A stretch of DNA of 64,000 nt from Chrysomallon squamiferum (Eukaryota; Animalia; Mollusca): positions 14,632,001 through 14,696,000 of the forward strand of contig CM022673.1 of NCBI GenBank assembly GCA_012295275.1. The letters run 5' to 3'. Positions within the stretch are counted from its first letter, which is position 1. Each line of letters opens with the position of its first letter. The translations under genes were made by a program, and so were the position numbers. This document shows positions 1 to 14,143 of the stretch, piece by piece. The notes under the pieces are model-generated. The model did not search any database. It was given only the letters and a program-made list of their open reading frames with translations, and was not told the DNA's origin.

Positions 1-412
1 TTGTTACACAATGCAGATACAAATATCTTTTGTTACATAATTAAGACAAAAATATCTCTTGTTACACTATACAGATAAAATATATCTTGTTACATAATAC
101 AGATAAAAATATTTATTGTTACACAATGCAGATACAAATATCTCTTGTTACATAATAAAGATAAAAATATATCTTGTTACACTATACAGATAAAAATATA
201 TCTTGGTACATGATACAGATAAAAATATTTATTGTTACACAATGCAGATACAAATATCTCTTGTTACATAAAAAAGATAAAAATATATCTTGTTACACTA
301 TACAGATAAAAATATATCTTGGTACACACTTAATACAGAGAAAAATATCATTACATTGTTATTACAGATACAACATTGTTTGGTAGATAAAAACATATTT
401 TTCGTTACACAA
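1..412. repeat. Minisatellite, ~29-bp unit (TCTTGTTACACTATACAGATAAAAATATA-like) with ~116-bp higher-order period
   Basis: TTGTTACA recurs every ~29 nt; the variant TTGTTACACAATGCAGATACAAATATC recurs at about 1, 117 and 232. Confidence 0.9.
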
Positions 413-639
413 TAGCTTCTTGCTGCTTCTTGTTAAACGTATTTCATACGTTCACTAAATTAAAAAAAAAAAAAAACATCATTAAACACTTTTCATCCTT
501 TTAACTGAAATACTTCACACAAACATATATATATATATACACATACGATGATTACATTATATATTTATTTGCACAATGATATATTACGTATATTTGTACA
601 GTACTTAAGTTATTATATATATGTAAAGTGATACATTGA

Positions 640-1916
640 AAAGGCCACGTCAGCACGTAGATAAACGTTTATCGGCGTAACGCGGTAGATCGAGTTTAAC
701 GGTCACGTTAAATGTTTTCTGTCTGCGTTAATCTCGCACACGTTCAGACAGTCGCTGGCCGCCGACCCACTGAAAGCAGGGATCACCGCGTCACTGTACG
801 CTGTAAACAAATGCAAGAAAATTCCATTTGTAAATTCATCTTTTTTGTTCGCTATGATAACCGCTGATCGTTCTTAATGCTGATATGTTAATCGAGTCAA
901 ATACCATGGCAACGGCTTCCTGACTGTCAGAGAACTATAGTTAAAAGTGAATAGTTTGACACAGATTTATCGTTCATTTGTGATAACAAAAATGTTGACT
1001 ACATAAATACATTACATGCTACAAGCAGCTTACTGCGGCGTTCCAGAATTATACAAATGCAGTGTATAAGAACTAGATAAATGTAATATGGCTGTAACTG
1101 AATAAATACAATATTCTGGAATTAGAAAAATGTTGAGTACTAAAACGAGATAAATAAGTCCACGAGAACGAGATAAATACAGAATACTACAAGATAAATC
1201 CAATATAATTGAAATAGATAAATATTGCAATTAGGTAAGTATATAAATTTGATTTTCCACTCTGAATTCTGAAAAGTGGAAATAAAATTTAACAGTTACC
1301 TGCACTTAAAAAGGTTGTACGTGTACGTGACGTAAGTTTAACTGTTGATGGTGTTTTTATGAATAAACTGTGTTGATTCACACGAGTGAATGGAAACATT
1401 TCTGAGCTATCAAACAGCGATAAGGTTCGCGCAAAGAAAAAAAAAAAATCTGTCGTCATTATAAACGGTTCTGTTATCCACAGGCAGAGCTTGTCATAAA
1501 CAGGAAAGCATTGCTGGAACAGGAAACAGCCTGGCGGGTCTTCCGATAAGGATTGATCCGGCGACCGCCACGCCCCTGGCAGTCCAGCGAGCGAGCGCCA
1601 TCTGCCGCTGTAAAGAGAAACAAGCTGGTGATTTTTGAATATCACATATTTCCATTTTCTTTTCCACTCGACCACCGCTGATGAATATCAACAGTTGAAA
1701 CATGTTTGACTTGCTTATAATGGAAAACGTTTGCTCAACTTTGATGGTGCGCACAATGGGAAGGGAGGAAACACGGTCACTACACACACTTCCTGCTAAT
1801 GAACCAGCGCGAAAGAGAAAAGCTTAGTTTCATTGTTTACACAATTAATACTTCTTGAAAATCAATGCGAGCACTTTCCTCAGCTTCGTAACGGAAACAT
1901 CTCGACAATGGTTAGT
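640..1916. promoter_or_regulatory. CpG-rich promoter/enhancer-like region, possibly with 5' exons
   Basis: Dense CpG; forkhead site TGTAAACAAA (~802), X-box-like AATACCATGGCAAC (900-913), KLF/Sp box GCCACGCCCC (~1567); + strand donors AG|GTAAGT (1235) and ATG|GTTAGT (1911). No downstream coding exon found. Confidence 0.35.
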
Positions 1917-3653
1917 TTATGAATTAATCGACCGCTGAAAGAACAGAAATTTAACAGATATTTTCCTTTCTTTCATCTGCACAGTAGGAATGCCGTTATT
2001 GACTACAGTGTTGCTAGTTATACAGCGTTACACAGAATCTTATTTTGTCATCACAAGACACGAATCTAGTTTTTTTTTATCTTAAGATTTATAATCCCAT
2101 TTTGTCATACAAGATTAAAATCCCAACGTTTATCGGTTTGCATAGTATTAATCTCATTATACTGAATAAATTTGTGTTTATTAATTTTCAATTATCTCGC
2201 GCAGAACTTGAATCCCATTTTATTTTATTGTTTTATGCAGTAATAATTTAATTTTATTTTATCATTTTACGAACCAAAATAATCCTGTTTATCATTTTAA
2301 AAAATTACAAAAAAAAAAAAAATCCTACTTAATTTTATTTAATTTTATTATTTTATTTAATAAAGAGATCCCAGTCGTTTCACAAAAGACGAATGCAATA
2401 ATCGCGGTAAACACCGCTATATACATAAAATTTTAAATTTAATATTTCCTGAGGGATAGGCTATATTACAACAGCGTAGAATATGAAACGAGTAATTCCA
2501 TTTTAGATCCAAATTATTTTCTGAACATAAAGGAAACGACTCTCTGGAAACCACTGAACGATGAATTATTTTACAATGCATTAAGTATTTAAACCTCCAG
2601 AGAAGGAGAATAACAAAATTAATATTTCGTTTAGATCGTACATATATAATTTATATATTTTAAATAATTCATATGTAGCAGTTTCGTTTGTCAGTGGTCG
2701 CATCGCATGTTTTTTACAATCTTATACATTTAGTCACTTATGGAGATATACATATACACATTTGTTCACTCGCACACACACACACACACATACATCCACA
2801 TATACGTACATAACACGTAATACCTAATACATTTACACATGCAGTATCATGATATACATTAATTATACGAATACAAATCAGTGTGAGAATTTGGCGTCAT
2901 TGATCTGGTGTTTTCAGAAACAGGTATCACGTGACAATGTCACCTGATTTAACATGTGTAACCCATAAAGCCTTTCTATATCCTTTATCCAAACACTAGT
3001 ATTAGTGATGTGATTTCCTCCGCCGCGGTGCGCTATTTGTCTAGACAGAAAGGTGACAGGTATTAGTGAACCAGGAAAGTACGACATAAATCAGCGTTCA
3101 CAAGTAATTTTACCAGAACAGCTCGACTGACGCAGGTGAAAACTCGCGTCTCTTTTCATTTACGAAGTTGATCATTTCTGTACAAGGATAACACTGAATA
3201 CCCATATTCTAAAAAAAAAAAAAAACCATTACCAGTCTATTACCAGTGCAGAGTTAAATAAAAAGTCAAACTGAATGTATTATTTTTCTGTTCTGTTTTG
3301 TCTTTACATGTAACTAGCACTGTTGTTATCTGTTTTAAAGAAAAGCGAAGACTAAATGCCTGAAGTGAAAGCACGCACATAACAAACCACTCCCTAACTT
3401 AAACTAATTTAAATAAAATGTGTCCTGATGGTGAGAAAATTAGGAGTCAGTAATATCACAAAGAATGAAACACTAGTATTTATTTACTACCATCATTGTG
3501 TAGAAACAGCGAACTATCTAAACATTTCAACATCAAGATAACAGAACGTTATAAAATTGATTTAACATATATCAAAATTTAAAAAATGTTATAATTCAAT
3601 TATTTAGCTAAATATATATCTATATATACATTTATATTTATATTTATATCTAT

Positions 3654-3698
3654 CTACCTGTCTCACGTAATATATATATATTTACGTGAGACAGGTAG
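3654..3698. repeat. Perfect 17-bp inverted repeat around a (TA)n spacer
   Basis: CTACCTGTCTCACGTAA-TATATATATAT-TTACGTGAGACAGGTAG. Confidence 0.95.
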
Positions 3699-4050
3699 TT
3701 TAAATACAGTTTGGCTCATTTTATATATATATATATATATATATAGAAACGACGTTCATTATAAATATTATTACTTAAACGTGTAAAAGTGAAAATATTT
3801 AATATTGAAACAGAAAACCCCAAAAATTCTTTATAAATATGTTTCTAGATTAAATTCTAAACTAGGTCGAAACGGTTCCCAATGGCTGCAATAAACTGCA
3901 CAGTTTAATACACCGCTGCAGTATGTTCACTTGAGGAATCGCTCATACGTGTGAAGAAAAAGTTTTCTGTTAATAAAGAGACGACACTGTGGACTGCTAA
4001 TTGCTAATTAATACTGGTAAATTAACGTGATCCCTTTTACCCCGTTGTCT

Positions 4051-4640
4051 AAATCAACGTGAAGTACAGTCACTGTGTTTAAATCAACATCAAAAACAGT
4101 CACTGTGTTTAAATCAATGTCAAATATAGTTACTGTGTTTAAATTAACTTGAAATATGGTCACCGTGTTTAAATCAACGTGAAATACAGTCACTGTGTTT
4201 TAATCAACGTGAAATACAGTCACTGTGTTTTAATCAACGTTAAATACAGTCACTGTCTTTAAATCAACATCAAAAACAGTCACTGTGTTTAAATCAATGT
4301 CAAATATAGTTACTGTGTTTAAATTAACTTGAAATATGGTCACTGTGTTGAAATCAACGTGAAATACCGTACTGTGTTTAAGTCAATGTGAAATACAGTC
4401 ACTACGTTTAAATCTACATGAAATACAGTTACTGTATTCATATCAATGTCATATACAGTCACAATGTTTCAATCAACTTGAAACAGAGTCACTAAGTTTA
4501 AATCAACATGAAATAGAGTCTCTATCTTTAGATCAACTCGAAATACAATCACTAAGTAACAGTCAACTTGAAATACAGTCACTACGTTTAAATCAATGTA
4601 AAATACAGTCACTACGTTTAAATCAACGTGAAATACAGTT
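4051..4640. repeat. Minisatellite, 30-bp unit (AAATCAACGTGAAATACAGTCACTGTGTTT), ~19-20 copies
   Basis: Clear 30-nt periodicity; 4081-4140 is identical to 4261-4320, giving a 180-bp higher-order repeat. Confidence 0.95.
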
Positions 4641-6435
4641 TATTGTTGTTGTTGTTGTTGTCAACTTCCTTACCATTATTACTGCTATTATTTATCTTGT
4701 TCTTGTTAGGTAAAAAGGGGCTACTCAACATTTATTTGGTTATTACTGTTTCTACTGTTTATGTATTCGTATTTGTTCATCTATATACACAGTTATTTTC
4801 TCTTATGTTGTACATAAATGATGTGAAACATGAAATATGAAGCTAAAAAACGAAATCTTACTTTGATTTAATACATTTTTTTTATTACAATTATAGTCTA
4901 GTATCAGTGGCCCACATCTGTGTGTCTGTTTATAGATTTCTTACAGGAAATAAAACGTTAGCACTGTGGTCTCACAAATAAAATATTAATTATGTCTGAC
5001 CTGTAGCCATTGAGAGCTCTTCTGGAAGCCCAGAATAACTTGATGATGAGAGAAGAATAAAGAAAGATGGCGTTTTACGACTTAACACTATCAACTTCTA
5101 AAGGCCGATGGAAACCTCGTCCACCACGTTTCAGTGACAGAAATCGCAGATTTCATTTTCTACCCACCATCCCTTGATTCAGTATTAAACTGGCGTGATG
5201 CATTCTTAGCTCCGAATCAATAGACTAAATACAAGTATATTGTCATCCTGCATGATTTCGACAATGGGTTTCCCAGCGAGAATCGTAAAACAAACGTTAT
5301 GATGTTCTGTGATAATTAAAACTCGCTTGACGCGCGCGGGGATAGGCCGCCCAGACACACTACACTACGAACATCGTAAAAGTTACACAAACACGCGAAA
5401 ATGTGTCGCTGAGTACGAGAACACATTATTAATGACGCCATGGCATTGTCAAAATAATTCACTGACGTTATACATTCAATATTCACTTTTATTGCATTGT
5501 AACCATGCAGCTGACGTAGTCGTATTGTAATAATAATTCAATGACGTCATATTAAAGATATTCGTATAAATGAAATGACAATAGTAAAGACAAAAGTGAA
5601 ATAAAAAAAAAAAAAATAAAAAAGTATTTCTGGTAATGATTCAGCTTTCTTGTTTGATTAAACTCCAAGACATATTTAATTATCATCTATATATTAATTT
5701 TGTTTTATTAGAAACGATCTCCAGCTAAATATGTCTTGGTGTATGTGTGTCTCTATATATATGTATATGTGTATATATGTAAGTCAGTGCGTGTGTATTT
5801 ATTTAATTTATTATCAGATTAAGATGGGGTTTTTTCACTTGTTCAAACTCTACTCTAGATTATTTCTTATCGTCTGTATGAATGTGTAGAGATCACTGGA
5901 CATAACCTAACATTCACGTTTATGTGTTGGTTGGTGAGATAGTTCACAGTGGATGTATTCAACATCTTTTCACGATTTCCACTGCGCGGATGTTTACGTG
6001 AGTAATAAACTTGCTTGTGAGAAAAGTGTCTAAGTGTGAGATGAATTCAAAGACGTGAAATCCAATCAAAATGTGCTCGAACGCCGAGTTTACACAAGAT
6101 GTCTCTGCATTTCGTTCTAAAACAAACACGCCATTATTTCCTTCTACTCGATTTGACCAATCTATACATTGTCACATCTTAAACTGTGCATCAGGGATGT
6201 TCCCTGCCGGCGTCTAATAACTTTTATTTAATAATTTACTTCACACGCGCACACACACAAAACACACACACATACTCACACATATACCCACAAACACACA
6301 CACACACATACATCACACAAAAAATGCTCGCGTATAGGTAGATGGGTGGGTAGATAGACAGACAGACAGATAGATAGACAGGCATACAGACACAGATAAA
6401 CCACTCTCTCCCTTTCTCTGTTCCTTGAGATATAA

Positions 6436-6500
<65 letters not shown>

Positions 6501-7179
6501 CTATATTGAATTTTGATATCTATTCATAACGTTTAACAAGCTGTACTAAAGTGTTTTAATTAACTGTTTTACTAAATAAAAAAAAAAAACAAACATTTTA
6601 ACTGAATATTTAAAAAAATTATTTAAAACATAAAACTGTATAAAATTACAGCAATTCAAAGGAAAATAAAAATTACATTGTGTGCATTGTGGAGTACATA
6701 CGCACTAAGCCCACTCAGCGGAGTTATGTATTTTGTGTTATGATTTAAAATTTTATTTTTGTTGGAAACGTGACTGATACTGTGACAAATTAATTACCGT
6801 GAACATAAATAAATAAATAAATAAAACAAATAAAACAGCAAAAAGTAAAACAAAAAATAATAAATAAATAGCCAGATAGAAAAACAAAAATAAATAAATA
6901 AATAAAGCAATAATTTACGTGCACATATGTATATGTCTGTATGTGTATGTGTTTTTGTGTGTGTTTGTTGGTGTCTCTATTACATAAAGCATATTCACAC
7001 ACACTCACACACACACACATACATACATACATACATATATATTATAACACGCAAGCACATAGACACACACACACACATTATTATATATGCATGCATGTAT
7101 GTATCTATGTAGCTAAATACGTTATTTTAATCAGTTAGCCAAATATGTTATTTTTATCAGTGTAGCTAAAACAAATTAT

Positions 7180-7395
7180 AATTACTTCAGTTAAATACGA
7201 TATTTTTATCACTTCAGTTAAATACGATATTTTTGTCACTTCAGTTAAATACGATATTTTTGTCACTTCAGTTAAATACGATATTTTTATCACTTGAGTT
7301 AAATATGTTAATTTTCTCACTTCAGTTAAATACGATATTTTTAATTCAGTTGAATATGTTATTTTTGTCACTTCAGTTAAATACGATATTTTTAT
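7180..7395. repeat. Minisatellite, 27-bp unit (TCACTTCAGTTAAATACGATATTTTTG), ~8 copies
   Basis: Direct tandem repeats; explains the 9-aa periodic ORFs (ISYLTEVTK). Confidence 0.95.
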
Positions 7396-9022
7396 CGTTA
7401 GTGTATAACCTTCCTTTTTTTTTTTTTTTTTTTACGAAATATCGATATTTGTAAATAAAAACATTACAAAAACAGTTATTAAATTAAACCATTACATTAA
7501 TTAAAACATTCCTTCGACAAAAAAATACATTTTTTCAACATAGATACACTACTTCGAACTATTAAAACAATTTTTTGGCACGTGGAGATTACTCTGAAAA
7601 GTATCAAATCGACATAAAAACGACATCGATAGTAAAAATTACATCATCATAAATACAGTATTCGACTGAATCATTGGAAAGAAATAAACGTCAAATATGT
7701 GTTTTTATTAAACTTAAAATATTCAATTTTTTGCGGAAGCAGGTCATGAGTATACTAAGAGATAATGTGTTATATTTGTTTGTCGTTAATATTGAATTTC
7801 TATTCCCCGCATGCTGCATGATGTTTTAAAAGTAAACACAATAGTAATGATAGCAAAACAAAATGTGACAAAAATCCATTTGTCTAGTGTTATTTTATTT
7901 CAAACTGAAAAACGTAAATAAATAAAATATAATTTTGTTTTAGTCAAATGTTTATGCTCTTTGGAAATATTTAATTATAAAACGCAGACTTTTTTTTTTT
8001 TTTTTTTTTCGTTAATGAGGTTATTGAATTTCTAGAAATAAATAAATAAATAACAAAAACAACAATAGTAACAACAACCATAACAACAACAACAACAACA
8101 ATAGTAATAATAATAATAATAATTATAATAATAATAATAATAATTTTAAAAAGAAAAAATTGAACAAACAATTCTCGTTTGAGGTAGTAAAATTTAATTT
8201 AAAAACACGAAAACAAATATTTGTGTGTATTTGTGTGTGTGTGTATTTTGTGTGTGTGTGTGTATTTCTCGACATACGTAAATACACACTGAGTCTTTGT
8301 ATGTCTGAATCAGCATGGTTATTCACTGATTAGCTGCAAGTGATTTTTTTTTTTTATAAAGTTTCTTGTACTTTACAGGTCAGGACATATCTCAGAGTTT
8401 GATAAAACACAGAGAAGTTTTGTTCTTTCTGTGTTATTTATGATTTGTACATATATTCATACGAATTCAAATACGTTTGTATTTGTATAATGTGTTCATA
8501 ATTGCATATGTGTGTTCATACCTGTTTTTATGTGTTCATACATGTATATATATATATCGAATCATACTTGTACTTAATTATTGTTCAAATTTGTATATCA
8601 GTGTTCATACCTGCATATATGTATCCATATTTGTATATATTTATTGTTTTATATTTTTGTTCTTTTTGCTCTATGTTTCTTCATACTTTTATATTTGTAT
8701 TCATACATTTGAATTTTTTGATTTATGCGTTTATATGTGTTGATATCTATGTATTATGTGTTCAAACCTCTGTATATATTTCACACATGTATGTCTATGT
8801 GTCTGTTTTAATACGTATCCATGTATTCATACTTACATTTTTATCAGATTTGTATATTATAGTGATCACGCATGCGTTCATAATTGTACATTTTTCATAC
8901 TTTGCACTGGTGTGATAGCATTCGCACATTAAATTGTTCATATTTGAAATGTTCATATTTGTATATCAAATTGATGGTACATGTGTGTGCGTGCGTTTAT
9001 AAGAGGGAGGGGGGGAGGGAGG

Positions 9023-9026
<4 letters not shown>

Positions 9027-9120
<94 letters not shown>

Positions 9121-9128
9121 AGAGAGAG
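9027..9128. repeat. (GA)n microsatellite
   Basis: Near-perfect GA dinucleotide run. Confidence 0.97.
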
Positions 9129-11815
9129 AAACATCACTCAGACTGTACACAGAAGTAATCACAATGAAATATTATCATTCATTGTTTGTGTTACAAACGT
9201 GTAATGAAATCTCCGCACTAAATCTTTGTCTGAAACATTAATTACGTTCAGGCACGAGACTCATCCATTAATCAATCACTACGACGATTTATAAAAAAGA
9301 AAATTAAAAAAATGAAAATCCTCAAACGTGTTTTAAATTCGTAGGCGTGAAATTAAAGCGTTAATTAATCAGACTTTCTGCCAAAGCTGTTAATGCGTGA
9401 GTCACGTATCCTGCGTGATTACAAATACAAGTATCTAAATAAGTTACTGTTATAAAGATGGCATAATGTGAATGAAACAGACACACTTACGTCTAATACA
9501 AGTGTATGAATAACAGATAAATAATCAAGGAAAATAAATAAAGTTGTCAAATAGGTGTGAAATATACCAATATTAAAATTGGAAAAAAGCAACAGGTATT
9601 TTTTATTATATAGATTCCATAAAATAAATAATTAGAACAAAAAAAAATGAAATAATTTCAAGAAAGGTTTTTCACTTTGAGTCTCCAAATTCCAGCCATG
9701 GTTCTACTGAAATTCATCTTAAAAAAAATAGCCTAGTAAGAGAAAACTGACAATATTCTTTATTTTGATATTACTTTAATACTTTTAGATGATCTAACTA
9801 TGACTTCATCAATTGTTAACAAAAACGATATTATATTTCAAAGTATTTTGTAATTTTCTACAGTTTAAAGAATCAGTTTAAACGACTAAGTATATCAGTC
9901 TGGTCACTGTTACACAAAAATAATAACAAACAATCGAATTCATAATATAATAAAGGAAAATGTTTCTGTTTTTAAACATCTTGCTGAGTTAAAGATTGCT
10001 CGCAATGTCTGAAATGACTGGAAAGTTAGAATGAAGGATGATTTCTCTTGGAAACGTTCACTTGATGGATTACGGAAACTTGAGCGGAGTCTGTACAGAA
10101 TCACGTGCACCGCGAGTTCATTCATCGAGCATGAAGCACGACGAAGTCGTCTTTACAAACGTGTGTCTGCCTCATCTCGTCTGCTTCCTCCACACAATGT
10201 TAAACTATATTACATCTTTTTTACAACTGCTCCCTTTGTAATTGGCATGCACGGTGTTTGGCGCTTTTATTGATACTTGCTAGGAACTTTATCTAAGATA
10301 ATTTATTGAGAGATCCCCGGAGTGTCTTCGTTTCAGTATTGTGAGCATTTCAATAGATGGACGGCCATGGGAACGCCATTTTTCTCGTCAGAGATAACGT
10401 GCTTGTTTACAATAATGAAAGGGATTTGAGCAAGAAAATTGGACGGAAACGTCATGCAAAGAACCCAATAATTCATCTTGTAGAACGCAGACTTATTTCG
10501 TCAAAAGGCCACGACAAGCTTTTTAATCTTTAAATGATGAAAACGTCAAAACTTGAACGCAAGGTGTCGTGGCAGAATCGTGTGCTTGCAGGTTGGCCGG
10601 CCGTGGCGAGTTTTGTCACGCACGTAATGAATCTATAATTGCTAGTAGCTCGCAGGCCTGGCTCTTAGTCCCGGCTCAAACAAATATTTGCATAGAAGAA
10701 ACATTCGACCACTTTCTGCTTAACACTCTGAAAATTGCTGAAAATCATGAAGGGGGGGTCGACTGATGGGCGGGACATATTGACGCTAAGTGGGGGGTCA
10801 TGTTGACATTGAACTTTTAGACATGGCCGTGGAAACTCTTAAAACAGAAGGTGGCTCGTTACAGTATCGCTTCTGGAAGACAATCGATTGTTCTCCACTT
10901 TGACACAAAAAACAATCTGCCTACCCTTAATGTCGCCATTTTTATTACTTCGTGCAAGAAAAGAAAAGTGCGTTGTATGTTTATGTGAGAGTAGACGCTT
11001 GGAAAGAACTGTTCTGTGCTAAATTCAATAGATGTAAGCAATTACCACAAACCAAATGAGATTGTCTTTTATAGGTTTACGTTCTCAAAGTGTTTCTCTC
11101 TTTGACACCTCGCTGCAAAAATAATTTTATCTCGTCACGTCTCAGATATTATCATTCCTGAAACAGATTCTACATGATTGAAACACTGTCTGGTATTTAC
11201 AAGACATTTCATATACACTGTCTACAAAATCTATCTTCAGACACTGACATCTACAACACACTCTGCAGTGTAAATATTACCAGTGTCCTCTCTGACAGTA
11301 ATATATCACGCTTCGTTTCGTTTCGCAGATGTTGTGGAGCCAGTTTTGAGACCTTCTGCATTAACACTGATAATTACACATTTTCCAATACAGTGGACGC
11401 CAGCGTTCAGATTAAAAACAATTTGAAAACAATCTGGTCGTCATTGTTTCTGTTTATCATAATAGAATAACCTGGAATAACAAAATATTCTACAACACCA
11501 GCTGAACAAAACTTGACAACACAATGCGTATTTCCATTTCCTTCACTCTGTATACTAGAATGGCTTAAAGTTTGTTTTATTCATCTGTGATCTTCGTTTT
11601 TGATAGCGATACAAGAACACGTGATCCGCTGAATACTTGTTTATTTGTACCATGGTTAAATTTCTATCATCAGATATTTTAATGAAACAGATGTTATTTC
11701 AGGTATATATATTACACACACACACACACAGTAGCAACCAGTGAACGAAAACGCATACATTAATCTTTGACAACCATTCGTAAAACACAGGCTGGAACGA
11801 ACAGTTATTTATTTA

Positions 11816-11890
11816 GGTTCTCACAGGAGGACTGAACTCGCGACCTAGCATGTCTTTTTATTGTGCTCTCGCGACTGTGCTGCAAGCTCT
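11816..11890 (-). mobile_element. Degenerate tRNA-like head, possible SINE remnant
   Basis: Minus strand reads AGAGCTTGCAGCACAGTCGC...GGTCGCGAGTTCAGTCCTCC, with A-box- and B-box-like motifs at tRNA-like spacing; no full cloverleaf. Confidence 0.3.
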
Positions 11891-12601
11891 TTTATTATTT
11901 GTGAAAGAGAAGAGTGTAAAGACTCATCCTGTGTAAATCGTGCTGTTATGTTTTCGTGTGTAAACTTTTCTGTAATAATAATAAAATATAAACAGTTCAG
12001 TTATGATGGAAAATATGAAATACTTTAAAGTTTGCCTCTATCTTGTTTAATTCTTCGTTTAGTAGTCTCTAAATTAATACCAAGTTTTACTGTCAGAGTT
12101 CCTTTTTTGTTTTCTCTCAATTTTCTAAACAATAAATTTTAATGTTCGTTGGGGACAGATAAAACGCGGAAGAAATTATCTTTTCTTTTACAAAAAACGA
12201 AGTTAAATCATAAAGCTTGATTCGAGTTATTGAACAATAGCTGTTTCTGTACTTTACACTCACACGCCTTCAATTAAATATTTTAGAAGAACAAAAAAAT
12301 AAAAGAAGAACTGGTTAATAGACATAGCTAAAAATGGAAAAAGAAAACGTATCTTAAAACGTTATCGACAGTTATCGCCCCTGCAGTTATGACGTTAGCT
12401 TATGGAAACTAAAATCTATTCATGACAGTTCACCGACTTACTCTTCTTTTCTTCAACTTCATTAGTCACGTAAGCGTTCTTGTCTGTGTTAAAATGTATA
12501 TTTTAAATTTTACTGCCAGATCATTATAATATGTATTTCGTATTATTATAATTTTATTTCATTTTTTTAATTATGTTTTTTAATTTATTTATACATTTAT
12601 T

Positions 12602-12659
<58 letters not shown>

Positions 12660-13278
12660 TTCTTCTTTTTTTTATGGTCATTATCGTAATCATCTTTTTT
12701 CTTTTTTGTTTTCCTTCTACCGTCAGCCCGCACTGATTGTACAACATTATGTTTTCTAACGTTACAAGTGACGAATGTTCGTGGGTAGACTGAAATGTGT
12801 TTGTAGATTATAGCGGTTTACGCACATTAATCACAATGAGAGAAAACAAAAAGTTTTAAGCTCGTCGTAAAGTCTGCTGGTTACAACGACGAAGTTAGTT
12901 GTTCTACAGCTGCAGAATAAAGCTTTGTTTACGACGACTGTGATTCAAAGGTTCGGGCAATCTTGCGCTGTAATCTGCAGATCATGATAAAACTGCAATA
13001 TTTCAATTTTTCCGAGTAATCACATTTGTAGCAAGTATAAACATCTTGCTCCAAGACGTGATGCGGCGCAGACTCGCGGCATTTCTACGGCGTACGGACT
13101 AACAAGTGTTTATGAAGTAAATATTGTCTCGCGAGATTTCACATGTCGGAGTTAACGTCCCTGGATAATCGAAATTATACGGAGGCCGCCATAATAACTG
13201 TTTATTGATAAGATCGTTTTCTCAATGATTAGTTGTAATACAGTTAACGCTTTGTGTTGTTTTCTTCTTCAGTCGAGG

Positions 13279-13295
13279 TGACCTACCGGTGACCT
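13279..13295 (-). promoter_or_regulatory. Perfect DR5 nuclear-receptor element (AGGTCA-N5-AGGTCA)
   Basis: Plus strand TGACCT-ACCGG-TGACCT inside a CpG-rich non-coding block. Confidence 0.5.
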
Positions 13296-13670
13296 TTTGT
13301 CCTCTTCTCCACTTAAACAATTTTGACATTACAGTAACAAGAGTCGCTGCGCTCCGATACTACATTGTCAGCTGACACAAAAATCCGCTACACCGCTTCG
13401 TAAAGCCTCGATTTCGTTTTAACTTGTTTTTATGAAAAATGTCTATTTTACAGAACAGAGATGATTTGATTGCCGTTATTTTATCTGCCCATTAATTTCT
13501 TCCTCCACTTTCACTGAAACGAATAAAACTAAATTATACGATTGAACCGTAACATGACGTCACTGTATGCACACGCAGTCTCCATAGTTACAGATAGCAG
13601 TTAACCGAATAGACATAATCATTAAAATTCACTCTATTTAATATACAAAAGTACAAATTTATCTTTTTAA

Positions 13671-13709
<39 letters not shown>

Positions 13710-13800
13710 CAAGAAAATAAAATATAATAATAAATAAAATTACAGGAAAGAAGAGGCTGAAAGCAAAAATCAATGGAAGAATTTTATTTTTTGAAATTTT

Positions 13801-13833
<33 letters not shown>

Positions 13834-13876
13834 GAAGACGAACATTTATTTAGAAGTAAGAATCAATTTTATTTTT

Positions 13877-13919
<43 letters not shown>

Positions 13920-14080
13920 CTCATCTTGCTCTCTCTATCTATCTATTTACATTTTTTTCATTTATTTTTATCCTTTTACTAATTATTGATTTTTATTTAT
14001 TTTCATACTTTCATAATTTTCAGTGATCAATTTATTTCTTCTTATTTCATAGTTTACATTTCTATATAATAATAATAATA

Positions 14081-14143
<63 letters not shown>

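Noticed and set aside
4051-4640. CRISPR-like array (also 1-412 and 7180-7395)
   Set aside because: Units are contiguous with no unique spacers, there are no cas genes, and the context is eukaryotic.
8180-8189. let-7-like TGAGGTAGTA
   Set aside because: Only 10 nt match and there is no precursor hairpin.
6276-9241. Short ORFs made of poly-I, CV, HT, ER or LS runs (and similar ORFs across the window)
   Set aside because: They are translations of microsatellites and low-complexity DNA.
10031-10273. 80-aa ORF (and a 36-aa ORF at ~5068-5178)
   Set aside because: No recognisable motif or supporting splice structure; lengths are compatible with chance.
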